Assembly (NCBI GenBank): GCA_964016885.1
Contig: OZ024740.1
Coordinates: forward strand, 325,562,001-325,626,000
Direction: 5' to 3'
From: Eledone cirrhosa
Lineage: Eukaryota
DNA length: 64,000 nucleotides
Every line of letters starts with the position of its first letter. Within the stretch, counting starts at the first letter, position 1. The notes under the pieces are model-generated. The model did no database searches. It had not been told where the DNA came from and worked only from the letters and a program-made list of their open reading frames with translations. This document shows positions 27,630 to 40,204 of this stretch, piece by piece. The translations under genes and the position numbers were made by a program.

Positions 27630-27770
27630 GTTTCTTTATTAGCCACAGGGGCACAAAAGAGGGGGACAAATACAAAGGGTAAGTTTACATACAATAAAAA
27701 CGTGTAAAATATTATCACAAATGTAATTTAAAAAATTAGTCGATTTTCCCCAATAGGGGGAGACAGTTCA
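27630..27770 (-). mobile_element. Tx1 3' UTR-only fragment
   Basis: CCCCCTATTGGGG...TGTGGCTAATAAAGAAAC, the same terminus as the other copies. Confidence 0.8.
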
Positions 27771-27795
27771 TGTAAATAGATAGATAGATAGATAT

Positions 27796-30645
27796 GTTTC
27801 TTTTATTTGCCACCAGGGCATCAAAAGTGGGACAAGTACAATGGGGGGGAGTTTACAAAACAAGGCGTCCTCAATAAAGAGGAGGCAATAACAATATATA
27901 AAAATAAAATAAAATATAACAAAAAATAAAATTTATAACAAAGTCCTCAATAGAGAGGAGGCGCCTTGTGGGGTCGCACACACCCCCGAAAAAAGTGTGC
28001 AACCCTTCTCCTCAGGAGCACAGAGAAGGGGTGCTCCCTTGGTCTTTCATCTTCCTCACCTATAGTCTGATGTAGAGTGAAGGCCCATTCACACGGGCCA
28101 TTCTCGCCACTTTCACCCATCTTTCATAAAAACGGCTGGGGTGCAGCACCTCTCTCTCCATCCTGATCCTTCTTCCGAAATGATATCGGAAGAAACGGAC
28201 CAGTTGTTGGCCAGAGAGAAAGGTGTCTGACCTCAGTCCTTTCAGACGCGTCCACCATACAACCTCTTTCGCCATGGCTATTACGCACAGAAACACCACC
28301 TCTCCTTCGTTTTTGAAGAGGGCAGGCGGCTTGATCGTTACAATAGACTCGGTGGTCAACCGGATCGGTCCCACCCTTGACAGCAGTTGTTCGACATAGC
28401 CCCACAGATCGGCAATGCCCGAGCAGTGTACCAATGCGTGTGCACCGGTTTCCTCGTCGCACACGCATCTGGGACAGATCTTTTTCGATGGGTCCCTACC
28501 CGGGCGCCCGTGTCTGTAGAGCCTTTCTCGAACGAGCAGAGCCCTTTTGTAGCATTGCCAGGCCAGGGACCTCTGGAAGTTATCCATGGGTCCCGGGCTG
28601 AATGTCCTACCGAACAGGTTGGCCAGTTCGTCTTCCTCCATGCCTAGGGCTTCTCCGAGGGCGTCGTCGCACCTGCTAACTACCAGCCCTCTATAGAATG
28701 ACGAGGTGGATTCTCCACTGACAGACGGGTCCGCCTGCCAGAGAGCCGTGTGCGCCTGGGCACACTCGGTGTGCCAGGCGCCCAGTTTTCTCGGTCTTTG
28801 CTTGACCCAGGATTGCAGCTCGGTGAGTGAGACGAGTCTGGGAAAGGCTCGCCTCACAAACGGGGCCCACACCGGTTGACCGGAGAGGAATACCTGAAGG
28901 TGCCGTAGCCTTAATGCGTGTTTACGTATCATTAGCCACGGCATCCCCAGCCCTCCTTTCGAAGGGTGTTGACAGCAGATGGATCTCCTCACCATAGGAG
29001 CCCGCTTCTTCCAAAGGAATTGGAAGAGTGCGCGCTCCATTTTGGCGAGCGTTTCCCTTGGGCAAGGCACAACGGTCAGGCGGTAGTAGATGACGGACGC
29101 TATATAAGTGTTCTCCACCTCCGCCCGACCTTTCAGGGACAGTTTGCACTCGGCCCACTTCTGGGTCAGTGCAAACACCCTGTTCGTTACCTCACCCCAG
29201 TTCTTCTCCACCTGGAGGTCTGGTCCGAACCAGACCCCGAGCAACTTCACCGGGCCCTCCGTCCAGCGCCCGACGACGCCATCGGAGGGCATCGATCTGC
29301 CCCTCCACGTGCCGAGTTGCAGACCGATCGACTTGTCCCGGTTCAGCTTAGCCCCTGTAAACCTTTCGTACTCCTCCAGTAAGGTGCCGATCGCCCCGAT
29401 TTCCGAGGCCGTCGACACCATTACTGTTATGTCATCGGCGTAGGCTGACACCGCTTTCCACAATCCCGGTTCCAACGGGATGCCCTGCAACAACTCCAAC
29501 TTCCGCAGCAGTGGCTCTAGAGTCATTACATACAGAAGGGAGGAGAGAGGGCACCCCTGTCGGATGGACCGCGCGATTTCGAACGGCTCCGAGAGGTAGC
29601 CGTTCACCTTGACCCTAGAGCAGATGCGGCTGCTGTGCATGGCATTGATCCAGCCCCTGAAAACGGGTCCGAAGCCTGCCGCCGCTAGCACCGCATCCAG
29701 GTAACCATGGTCGACCCTATCGAATGCCTTAGATTGATCCAAGTTGATCAGGGCCCCACCAAAGCCGGGTTCGTTCCCAACCCTCTCTATGATGTATCGC
29801 ATGAGGTGGAGGTTGTCGTGGATGGACCTGGACGGGATAGCACATGTCTGCGCATCTCCCACCAGGTTGCCCACGACAAGCGCCAACATCTTTGCTAGCA
29901 CCTTGGCCAAAATCTGTAACTCTGTATTTAGCAGAGTTATGGGCCTGAAATTATTTATATCGTCCCCCTTGGTCTCGTTCTTCCTCACTAGCGTGACTAC
30001 ACCCTTGGTCAAAGCACAGGGAATTCTCCCGTTCTGTTGCCAGTTGCAGTAGACCGCCTCGAGGAGATCGGGGAACAAGTCCGGCATAGCTAGATATAGT
30101 TCGTATGGAAGACCATCGAGACCCGGGGATTTGCGTTTGCCGCATTGGCTCAGCACGTCCTCTATCTCAGCGGCTGAAATCGGCTCCTCGCAGGACTTCG
30201 CCTCCCTGTCCGAGAGACGCGGCAGGCCGTCGAGGTATGGACCGAAGTCCACATCCCCAACCGGCCCCCCGCCCCTTCCGAACAATCCGGCAAAGTGCTT
30301 TTGAAAAGCCTCGCACATCTGCTTAGGTTCAAGGATCACCCGTCCATCCTGGTCTCGCAAAGACCGGATAGTGGATCTGCTCCCTCTTTTGGCTTCTGTC
30401 ACGCGGGCCCAGCTAACAGCTTTGGTCCCCTCGTTTCCCAGAGCACGTATTTTGCTTCGGACGATGCATCCTTCGTGTTTCGCGTCGAAGAACTGGCCCA
30501 GGGCCGTTCTCGACGCTAGCACTCTGGCCACGTCGCCGCTTCTAATTGCCTCTTCTACACTATCTACCAACTCCCTTTCCTTCCTATTTCTATTTGAGGC
30601 TAACTCCTTACTAAATTGTATAGAGACTACTCTAATCTCTCTTTG

Positions 30646-30646
<1 letters not shown>
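27796..30646 (-). mobile_element. 5'-truncated Tx1 LINE with an uninterrupted RT-to-C-terminus frame
   Basis: Contains ORF 28060-30570; flanked by (TAGA)n on both sides. Confidence 0.93.
28060..30570 (-). CDS. Tx1 ORF2 RT plus zinc finger, lacking the endonuclease (5'-truncated)
   Basis: KSPGLDG, NFRPITLLN, LDQSKAFDRVDH, IRQGCPLS, YADD, LLGV, CPRC..EETxxHxLxxC. Confidence 0.92.
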   Translation of the reverse strand: MVDSVEEAIRSGDVARVLASRTALGQFFDAKHEGCIVRSKIRALGNEGTKAVSWARVTEAKRGSRSTIRSLRDQDGRVILEPKQMCEAFQKHFAGLFGRGGGPVGDVDFGPYLDGLPRLSDREAKSCEEPISAAEIEDVLSQCGKRKSPGLDGLPYELYLAMPDLFPDLLEAVYCNWQQNGRIPCALTKGVVTLVRKNETKGDDINNFRPITLLNTELQILAKVLAKMLALVVGNLVGDAQTCAIPSRSIHDNLHLMRYIIERVGNEPGFGGALINLDQSKAFDRVDHGYLDAVLAAAGFGPVFRGWINAMHSSRICSRVKVNGYLSEPFEIARSIRQGCPLSSLLYVMTLEPLLRKLELLQGIPLEPGLWKAVSAYADDITVMVSTASEIGAIGTLLEEYERFTGAKLNRDKSIGLQLGTWRGRSMPSDGVVGRWTEGPVKLLGVWFGPDLQVEKNWGEVTNRVFALTQKWAECKLSLKGRAEVENTYIASVIYYRLTVVPCPRETLAKMERALFQFLWKKRAPMVRRSICCQHPSKGGLGMPWLMIRKHALRLRHLQVFLSGQPVWAPFVRRAFPRLVSLTELQSWVKQRPRKLGAWHTECAQAHTALWQADPSVSGESTSSFYRGLVVSRCDDALGEALGMEEDELANLFGRTFSPGPMDNFQRSLAWQCYKRALLVRERLYRHGRPGRDPSKKICPRCVCDEETGAHALVHCSGIADLWGYVEQLLSRVGPIRLTTESIVTIKPPALFKNEGEVVFLCVIAMAKEVVWWTRLKGLRSDTFLSGQQLVRFFRYHFGRRIRMEREVLHPSRFYERWVKVARMARVNGPSLYIRL

Positions 30647-30723
<77 letters not shown>

Positions 30724-30725
<2 letters not shown>

Positions 30726-31246
30726 TTCTTTATTAGCCACAAGGGCGCACAAGAAAAGGGGACAAAACAAAGACATGCAGGGGATTTTACATACAATCGT
30801 GTAAAAAAATATAAAACAAACAATTATAACAATCGAAATCCCCAATAGGGGGGAGGCGTCACAAATGGGTTGTTTAATACCCCGTCGATAGAACAACCCT
30901 CAACTTCAGGAGCGTGTTGTGCAAGTGCTCCTTTCTCCTTTTGCTCTCTTCTTTAACCTACAGGTTTATAAACAGAGAAGGCCCAATCACTCGGGCCATT
31001 TTTACCACATTCACCCACCTTTCAGTAAATTTACTGAGGTGCAGTGCCTCTCTCTCCACTCTAATTCTCCTTCTAAAGTGGTATCTAAAGAAGGGAATGA
31101 GTTGTTGTCTGGAGAGAAAGGTATCTGTCCTCAGTCCTCTCAATCTCGTCCACCATATAACCTCTTTCACCATAGCCACTATACAGAGGAAAACCGCCTC
31201 TCTTTCGTTTTTGAAAGAAGTTGGCGGTTTGATCCTTACTATGGAT
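30724..31246 (-). mobile_element. Tx1 3' end fragment
   Basis: SIVRIKPP...GPSLFINL plus 3' UTR into (TCTA)n; same subfamily as 53575-54975. Confidence 0.9.
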
Positions 31247-31391
31247 AGAAAGATAGATATAGATATAGAAATATATATATATTGGGTCGTCAAGTATAAA
31301 ATTTGTAGAAATTTGTTTTTTTTCTACAAATTTCTACAAATTTCATACTTGAATATATAAGAATTTTTATCTTGCAAATACCATCCATTAA

Positions 31392-31624
31392 CCCATTTGA
31401 TACCAAACCCTGGTTCTATGATACAAAGCTGTTTATTTTAAAGTATTGATTTGTAAGTTTATGCATGGAATTTGTTAAGCTATGTTCCAATTACTAGCTT
31501 AACGAGAACGTTATTATTAAATCTTACTAAATCTAAATATTACTAAATCCCTCCAAATTCTTTTTGAAAAAGCTTTTGAAAATCATAGTCAATGTCTTTC
31601 ATTAGAAATATGATAATGAAAAGG
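31392..31624. mobile_element. piggyBac-like MITE
   Basis: TTAA|CCCATTT...GAAAAGG|TTAA; homologous to 46837-47028 and partly to 47085-47190. Confidence 0.55.
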
Positions 31625-31794
31625 TTAATGCTAGGCATAACTAAAGACTTTTTTCTTCGTGTGTATCACCTGTGTGTTTATAGTAATCGGTGAAAGCATG
31701 TGTTTGACTCATCATTTCTATTCATCGGCAGCGCGTTGTGTTCTTTATTTCACGTTGTTCCAGTCCATCCATTTAAAAAACAAAACAAAAGAAA

Positions 31795-32030
31795 ACAAGT
31801 TGTACCTGTAATTCAAAGGGTCAGCTTTGTTACACAATATGTCACGCCGAATCTCCCTGAAAACTATGTTATTGGTGCATGTGCCAGTGGAAAATTCAAC
31901 CACTTACAAGAGTATCTGTACCTGTAATTCAAAGAGTCAGCCTTGTTAATGACTGTGTTACACTGAATCTCCCTGAGAGCTATATACACAAAGGGTACGC
32001 GTGTCTGTAAAATACTCAGCTACGTGCTGG
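31795..32030 (+). mobile_element. SINE body fragments, two tandem subunits
   Basis: TAATTCAAAGGGTCAGC..GAATCTCCCTGA occurs twice; same family as 3335-3745. Confidence 0.6.
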
Positions 32031-32059
32031 AGACCTAGACCTTAAGATTCATTTCTTTT

Positions 32060-32110
32060 TGCGTATGTCTTGTGTGGGTATAGCAACTAGAATACCGGAC
32101 TTCTCTCTCT

Positions 32111-32183
<73 letters not shown>

Positions 32184-32247
32184 ACTCTCTCGCTCACTCT
32201 CTCTCTTTCTCTCTCTGGATATGGGGATATGGTAACTAGAATACCGG

Positions 32248-32326
<79 letters not shown>

Positions 32327-32393
32327 ACTCTCTCGCTCGCTCTCTCTCTTTCTCTCTCTGGATATGGGGATATGGTAACTAGAATACCGGACT

Positions 32394-32442
<49 letters not shown>

Positions 32443-32654
32443 CCTTCGTCCTCTATCTCTTTCTCTCTTTCTGTTTTTCTGTCTCTCACTCACCCTCTCT
32501 GTATGTTTTGAGTGACTAAGGTAACTAGAACTTTAAACCTCTCCCTCTCTCTTTTTTCTCTGTATGTCTTGTGTGGCTAAGATAACTACAACTTCACCCA
32601 CGAATATTGTATGAATATGGTAACTAGATCTCCAGAACTTTCTCTCTCTCTCTC

Positions 32655-32708
<54 letters not shown>

Positions 32709-32810
32709 CTCGCTCTCTCTCTGTGCATGTCCTGTATGGATATTGTATCTAGAATACGAGATCTCTCTCTACGTTTCTCTTGTGTGGATAAGGTAACTGA
32801 TTCTGAACAA
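32060..32810. repeat. Compound tandem repeat: GGTAACTAGAATACCGGACT core plus variable (CT)n
   Basis: Core or a variant at ~32083, 32231, 32374, 32520, 32582, 32620 and 32745. Confidence 0.8.
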
Positions 32811-33139
32811 TTTTCAAAAACTGTTTCTGGGGTGACAAGACAGTTCAATACCAAACATGAAAGAGCAAATTTTCAAGCTAAAATCGTTCTAAGGAAACCA
32901 GAAGCCTGGAGATTCAAACGAGTCTAATGTCCATCAATGATTCATCATCGACTGTTAACGACTGACCAAATAGTAGCAGACGATAATTGAATGGAGTCTC
33001 TGGCTAACAAAAGTCAAATGATTAAACCTCTTTTAAGTTTTATCCACCCATAAATGACAACTGCAGAAAATAATCACACAAGTTTTAATCGAGTTAACCT
33101 TCGGATATCACTTGTGTCTACGATAGCTTTCATGTTGAT

Positions 33140-33690
33140 GAGGTTGATGGTAATGGCTGTGGGGTGGAGGGTTTTGGTGCGGCTGGTGGTGTTAATGGTG
33201 TTGTTGATGTTGGTGATGTTGGTGATGGTTATGTTGGTGTTGTTGGTGGTGTTGGTGGGGTTGGTGGGGCTGGTGGTGTTAATGGTGTTGTTGATGTTGG
33301 TGATGTTGGTGATGGTGATGTTGTTGGTGATGTTGGTGACGGTGATGTCGGTGGTGATGGAGTTAGCGAGGTTGTTGATTTTGGTGTTGTTGATGGTGTT
33401 GGTGGGGTTGGTGTTGTCGATGATGTTGATGATGTTGGTGGAGTTAGTGAGGTTGTTGATGTTGGTGGTGTTGGTGGTTTTGGTGGGATTGGTGATGTTG
33501 ATGGTGTTGGTGGTCTTGGTGATTTTGGCGGTATTGGTGATGGCAGTTTTGTTGTTGATGTTGGTATTGTTAATGGTGATATTGGTGGTGGTAAATGGTG
33601 TTGGTGATGTTGATGATGTCGATGACAATGATGACGATGATTTTGATGATGTTGATGGTGACGTTGATGATGAAAACGGTGATATTATTA
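33140..33690. repeat. Degenerate (GAT/GGT/GTT)n tract
   Basis: Direct reading. Confidence 0.9.
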
Positions 33691-34363
33691 TTCTAAAGTA
33701 ATGATTAGCTTACTCTCTGTGAACACACTATAAAAATATTCTTTCTTCCCCTATCTTCAATGTTCTTTGACACAAGCATTATCTCCCTTTGAAAGCGAGA
33801 AGTGAACTAGTGGTGTTACAGATGACGAATATGGTGGACAGTCAAAATGGAGGTCAGACTCAAGAAAATCTTCGATTGCATCGGTATTCTTTGTAAATAA
33901 ATAAATAAATAAATAAGAGATAAAGAATAAATAAATATATAAGGAAAATATATAATAAGGAAAATAAGGAAAATAAGAAAACATTAAAATAAAAGAGAGA
34001 GACCAAGTTCACTTAAAACGTTTTCGGTGTCTTATCAAACCTCTATGTTTCTTCTTTTATAATTTCGCCATTTTTATCGCGAAAGTTTGGAATTCCTTAC
34101 GGCGTTCTCTGATATAATATTTCGCGTTTGGCAAATATAAAACTCTTAGCTGATGTTAAACAGCCAAAAGATGTAACTCTTTCAGTTTATTATTATTTTG
34201 GTTTTGCTTTTGTTCCTTTTTTCTCTCGAATGAATACGAAAGTATGCTTGTGTAAAATGTCGCGGGTTAAGCAGTTCCACGTATCACTGAGAAGCATTCC
34301 CTGGCTGTGTTCAACAAGATATGAAATAAATACGGCTTTTGCTTGATTTAGCAAAACTATCTA

Positions 34364-34486
<123 letters not shown>

Positions 34487-34706
34487 GTCTGGCTGTCACT
34501 CTATCTCACTCACGCTTTTTCTGGATTACTTTCTCTCTTTCTTGTACTTTCTTCTTTTCTTTCTCTCTCTTTCATTGTCTCCGTTTTCTTTCTCATGTCT
34601 ATATATCTGTTAATTCCCCCACTTTATCTATCTCTCTCCGTCTCTTTCCCTTATTTCTATCGGTTTAAATACATGTCTCTCTCTATATATATACATACAT
34701 ATATAA

Positions 34707-34851
<145 letters not shown>

Positions 34852-34984
34852 TATATATATATATATTATATATATCTTCCTCTCAACTTTCTATCTTTCA
34901 GCTTTTCTTTCTCCCATTTCTGTCGTTTTCAATACAGCTATATGTCTCTTTCTTTCTTTCTTTCTGCTGTGTATATAACATTAA

Positions 34985-35104
<120 letters not shown>

Positions 35105-35689
35105 TTCTCCCGACTCTCTCCTATTTTACTTCTATATATCTTTTTGCTCGCTAATTCTTTCTTTTATCCCACTTTTCCTTCTATATATCTTTCTTTCAAT
35201 ACCTTTATCTTTATCTTTTTCATTTTCTTCCTTCTCCCTTTCTCGCTATTTTTGCATCTTTCAGTACATTTGTCAATCTCTCTTCTTCTCCTTCTATTTC
35301 TCACCCTTTATTTCTCTATATATATTTCGTGGCTTCTTACTGAAGAATTCTGAAGAATTCAATTCTGTTGTCAACACAAGGAATTATTATTCTGACTTTG
35401 CCTTTCTTGCTTTATTCTTGCAAGATTATTCACATTGCTCAAATGAATATTTGGTCAATCAAAGAAAAGAAAAATATACGAAAGAGTAGCCACTAAAGAT
35501 GAATTTATCGTACGTTTAACAAAAGGAAAAAAAAAAGAAAAAAGAAATAACAATGATGATGATGCTGACAATAATAATAATAAATAAATAAATAATAAAT
35601 AAATAATAGATAATAATAATAATAAATTGCTTTATATATATATATATATGCGTGTGTGTGTACGTGTGTGTATGTATGTATATATATAC

Positions 35690-35842
<153 letters not shown>

Positions 35843-35955
35843 AATATATATATACAAATATATATGTATATATATATATATATGTATGTATATGTGTGGG
35901 TATATATATATACACACGTACACGCACGCGCACACGCACACGCACACACACACAC

Positions 35956-36018
<63 letters not shown>

Positions 36019-36307
36019 CATATACAAACCCTATGAAATGGTTCGTTTTCCTGGATATTGGGTGATAGAGATATGAACTAGACATTTATGTCAACATAAT
36101 GAAAAAGGCAACACTAAGAAATATTAACTTCGTCCTTTTGTGAAAACTTGCGAAGAATTCTCCAGATTAATTTTGTACATATTTTGACCTCTTGCTATGT
36201 GTAATAAAAAGTGAGAACTGGGAGAAGTTGCAAGTGTTTAAGTTTTTAACTGAAAAGGATTAAGCTATAAAATGGGATGAAAACAGTCATTCGTTACATA
36301 CATACAC

Positions 36308-36346
<39 letters not shown>

Positions 36347-36386
36347 TGCACACAAACATACATACATACATACATACATACATACA

Positions 36387-36419
<33 letters not shown>

Positions 36420-36560
36420 GCATACGTAGATATGTACATACATATGTACGTACGTACATACATTCATACATACATACATACATACATACATACATACATA
36501 CATACATACATACATACATACATACATACATACATACATACATACATACATACATACATA

Positions 36561-37135
36561 CATAATAGACCAGATATTATATGGGACAGGGAAAAGAAAG
36601 CATGCACAGTAGTGGAAATTAGCTGCCCAGCAGTGCCAATATAATATCAAAGATTAGCGTAAAGGAGAATACTTATGCAGAACTGATGAGAAATCTGCAG
36701 ATACTCCACCCTGATTACACCTTCAGATTTATGCCTGTGATTATTGGGGCACTGGGGTATGTTAGTAACTGCCTCAATACAAATCTTGAGAAGCTAGGCT
36801 TCACAGGAACAGAAAGAACACAACTAGTTAGGAAATTACAAATACAATCCATTAATGGAACAGTAAAGATATGTAAAACATTCCAAAACGTTTGCATCTA
36901 ATAACTACATATACACATGTACAGATACAAAGCATATGCACATGCACACATACAACTCAAAACATACACATCCACACATACAATAACATCCATATCTACA
37001 CATACATGCAGACATACATACATATCTACCTAGTTGATGTTGTGTAAATTCCAATGAGAGAGTCTTGTATCTATGTTAGAAACCGACTCTCTCTCTCTAT
37101 TGGTAAAACTTTGTGAAATTATAAAACCAGAAGAA
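36561..37135 (+). mobile_element. 5'-truncated R4/Dong-like non-LTR element (RLE domain plus 3' UTR)
   Basis: HNRPDIIWD...VVEISCP, then after a frameshift K...Y.EL...PVIIGALG; (CATA)n on both sides. Confidence 0.8.
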
Positions 37136-37148
37136 CATACATACATAC

Positions 37149-37646
37149 ATGATGGCTGCAAACTCTGCTAAGAGTATTGCAATCGCTTGTCAGATTACAG
37201 AAAATGGTGCACATTTACGATACGGCCAGCCACACGAACCTGTGATATGACCTGAACAAGCAATGCTTGGGCTTTGAAGGTTTTTTAAGTGGGGAAAGGT
37301 CTTGCACTCAACCAATCGCACTCTCTGAGCATCGAAAACACTACCTGAAAAGGAGAACTGGTCAGCATCATCGGATGATTCCAAAGCCGCAGGTTTTTTT
37401 TTTTCAGAGTTTCCCTCTCCTAGAAAGGTGTTGTGACAACAACTGGGGGTCTTTCACTTTCAGGCGAAAATAAAAAAAAAATACTATTTGGATGGCTGTT
37501 GACTTTGCTGAGTTCCTCCGCCCTTTACCGCATCTTGTATTTCATCCTGCAGTGTCCAAATATCACCCTCCTCACCAAGCAAGCTTGGTGGGGTTGCCGG
37601 TTTAATCGCCGACGACCCGACCATGAGACAAGTTGCCCTGGTTGTA
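37149..37646 (-). mobile_element. Diverged non-autonomous RTE-derived element
   Basis: Homologous to 11165-11772 and 3974-4432. Confidence 0.7.
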
Positions 37647-37711
37647 GATACATACATACATACATACATACATACATACATACATACATACATACATACA
37701 TACATACATAC

Positions 37712-38302
37712 ATGGTGGCTGCCAACTCGTTTTCGAGTACGGCCACTACTTTATATCCATGTAGGAGAACCCCTACCGATGCGCTGAACGAGTGTGACTT
37801 TTTAGTCCAGCCAGCGACTTGAAAACTCTGGTACAAACACTACACTTGTGACAATTATTGACACATAGTGCTGGGCCCATGGTACCATGTGACAACAAGT
37901 GCGGAGAGATCTCCAGATATAAAGCAATGCCTGTGCCGTGAAGCTTTTATAGTGAGCAAAGGCACTGCACAAAGCCAGTCCCACTCTCTTAACCAAGATG
38001 ATATTTACCAAAAAGAAGAACAAGTCAACATCATTGGATACCATCAGGGTTGCAGGTGTTATATCAGAGTTTTCCTTCTCCTAGAATTCTGCCTTGACAA
38101 AGGCTAAGGGGTCATCTCTCCCGGTGATTTTGGATGGCCATTGACTCTTAAGAGCTCCTTTGACAGGTTTTGTTTTTAGTCCTGCAGGATGTCCAGTCAC
38201 CCTCCTCACCAAGAAACCTTGGTGGGGTTGCCAGTTTAGTCGCCAACGACCCGACCATGAGACAGGTTGTACTGGGATACATGTTACCAGTAGCACCAAC
38301 TG
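37712..38302 (-). mobile_element. Non-autonomous RTE-derived element
   Basis: Near-identical to 11165-11772; (CATA)n flanks. Confidence 0.8.
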
Positions 38303-38385
38303 AAAATACATACATACATACATACATACATACATACATACATACATACATGCATACATACATACATACATACATACATGCATAC

Positions 38386-38995
38386 ATGGTGGCTGCCAAC
38401 TCGTTTTCGAGTACGGCCACTACTTTATATCCATGTAGGAGAACCCCTACCGATGTGCTGAACGAGTGTGACTTTTTAGCCCAGCCAGCGACTTGAAAAC
38501 TCTGGTACAAACACTACACTTGTGACAATTATTGACACATAGTGCTGGGCCCATGGTACCATGTGACGGCAAGTGCAGAGAGATCTCCAGATATAAAGCA
38601 ATGCCTGTGCCGTGAAGCTTTTATAGTGAGCAAAGGCACTGCACAAAGCCAGTCCCACTCTCTTAACCAAGATGATATTTACCAAAAAGAAGAACAAGTC
38701 AACATCATTGGATATCATCAGGGTTGCAGGTGTTATATCAGAGTTTTCCTTCTCCTAGAATTCTGCCTTGACAAAGGCTAATGGGTCATCTCTCCCGGTG
38801 ATTTTGGATGGCCATTGACTCTTAAGAGCTCCTTTGCCCTTTGACAGGTTTTGTTTTTAGTCCTGCAGGATGTCCAAAGTCACCCTCCTCACCAAGAAAC
38901 CTTGGTGGGGCTGCCAGTTTAGTCGCCAACGACCCGACCATGAGACAGGTTGTACTGGGATACATGTTACCAGTAGCACCAGCTGGTGACCTGAC
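38386..38995 (-). mobile_element. Non-autonomous RTE-derived element
   Basis: Near-identical to 11165-11772; (CATA)n flanks. Confidence 0.8.
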
Positions 38996-39188
38996 ATACA
39001 TACATACATACATACATACATACATACATACATACATACATACATACATACATACATACATACATACATACATACATACATACATACAATCAGGAAAAGT
39101 ACCTCCAGAGATGGAAAGTGTGCATAGTGACGTTTGTGAGGAATCGAATCCCATATTCGAGAGATGAGAACTTTGTCTCTCTCTCTCA

Positions 39189-39294
<106 letters not shown>

Positions 39295-39536
39295 TATACA
39301 TATGTACGGCCTCTAATTTGAATGGGAAAAGGACGGGGATGGTGAATTAATGTGAGTTCGACTCCCATGTCCGTCAATAAACATCCTTTTTCTATTCATA
39401 GAGTTTTAAAAATCCTACTACCAGACTAACTTCAATTGTCAAATACGGCGTAAGCTTATATTTCTACTTTATTTTCAAACTTCGCTCGGTCTTTCAAAGC
39501 TTGCTCTCTCTCTCTCTCTCCTTCTCTCTATCTCTC

Positions 39537-39620
<84 letters not shown>

Positions 39621-39633
39621 TGTGTGTGTGTGT

Positions 39634-39683
<50 letters not shown>

Positions 39684-39687
<4 letters not shown>

Positions 39688-39810
39688 CTCGGGTTCAATC
39701 GGGAGTAACCACAGTAAGTAAGGTACTCAATACATAGCAGAGTATAAATATTTAATATAGAAATGGCTTCTACAGGACTAAAACTGTTTCATTCGAAGGA
39801 AATCATCATA
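39684..39810 (-). mobile_element. Family C terminal element with degenerate hammerhead
   Basis: Minus strand reads TGATGA-TTTCCTTCGAAT-GAAAC-AGTTTTA-GTC-CTGTAGAAGC...ATGTATTGAGTACC. Confidence 0.65.
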
Positions 39811-39829
39811 TATATATATAGTTAGGTCT

Positions 39830-39975
39830 CAGCTAGAACTAAGTTCAATATCTTGATAGCGGACCTTGTAAGTGTGATGAACAGCGTGTCCCGCATGCAG
39901 TTCTCTGGATATAGTTAAAGAGACAGAATCAGGGTGTACAAAGGGGCGATGGTAAAATTCATGACCATCATAGAA
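39830..39975 (+). pseudogene. PLE RT-thumb fragment
   Basis: NILIADLVSVMNSVSRM/QFSGYS*RDRIRVYKGA matches KILIANLVRVMRNASRM...MQFSGYNQRDKIRVYRGA at ~9600-9755. Confidence 0.75.
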
Positions 39976-40091
39976 CGATGTTGTGTTGGCAATGTTGATA
40001 AATATATATATATATAAAATATATGCGTGAGATGTAAATTGTTCTAAGAGAAACAAATGAATTTGTAAAAAAAATAAATAAAATAAAAGCT

Positions 40092-40204
40092 TGTCAGAAG
40101 TGGGATTCGAACCCACGCCCACATTAGTGGACCAGAATACTCATTGTTCTGGTGAAAGTTTTGCAACTTAAGTCTGGCGCCTTAGACCGCTCGGCCACCC
40201 TGAC
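40092..40204 (-). tRNA. tRNA-Leu-TAA: tRNA-Leu with TAA anticodon on a Leu-CAA-type body, 29-nt intron
   Basis: GTCAGGGTGGCCGAGCGGTCTAAGGCGCCAGA-CT-TAA-G, intron, TTCTGG, variable arm CCAC/GTGG, GGTTCGAATCC, CTGACA, followed by TTTT. Confidence 0.8.

Noticed and set aside
32060-32810. Repeat-spacer pattern resembling a CRISPR array
   Set aside because: The spacers are (CT)n, the context is eukaryotic and there are no cas genes.
37050-37100. CCAATGA...GAAAC in the R4/Dong-like 3' UTR as a hammerhead
   Set aside because: The core is mismatched and GAGAGTC/GACTCTC forms a simple hairpin across the GAAAC.
39310-39375. GAGTTCGACTCCC as a tRNA gene
   Set aside because: Only a B-box-like fragment is present, with no cloverleaf.
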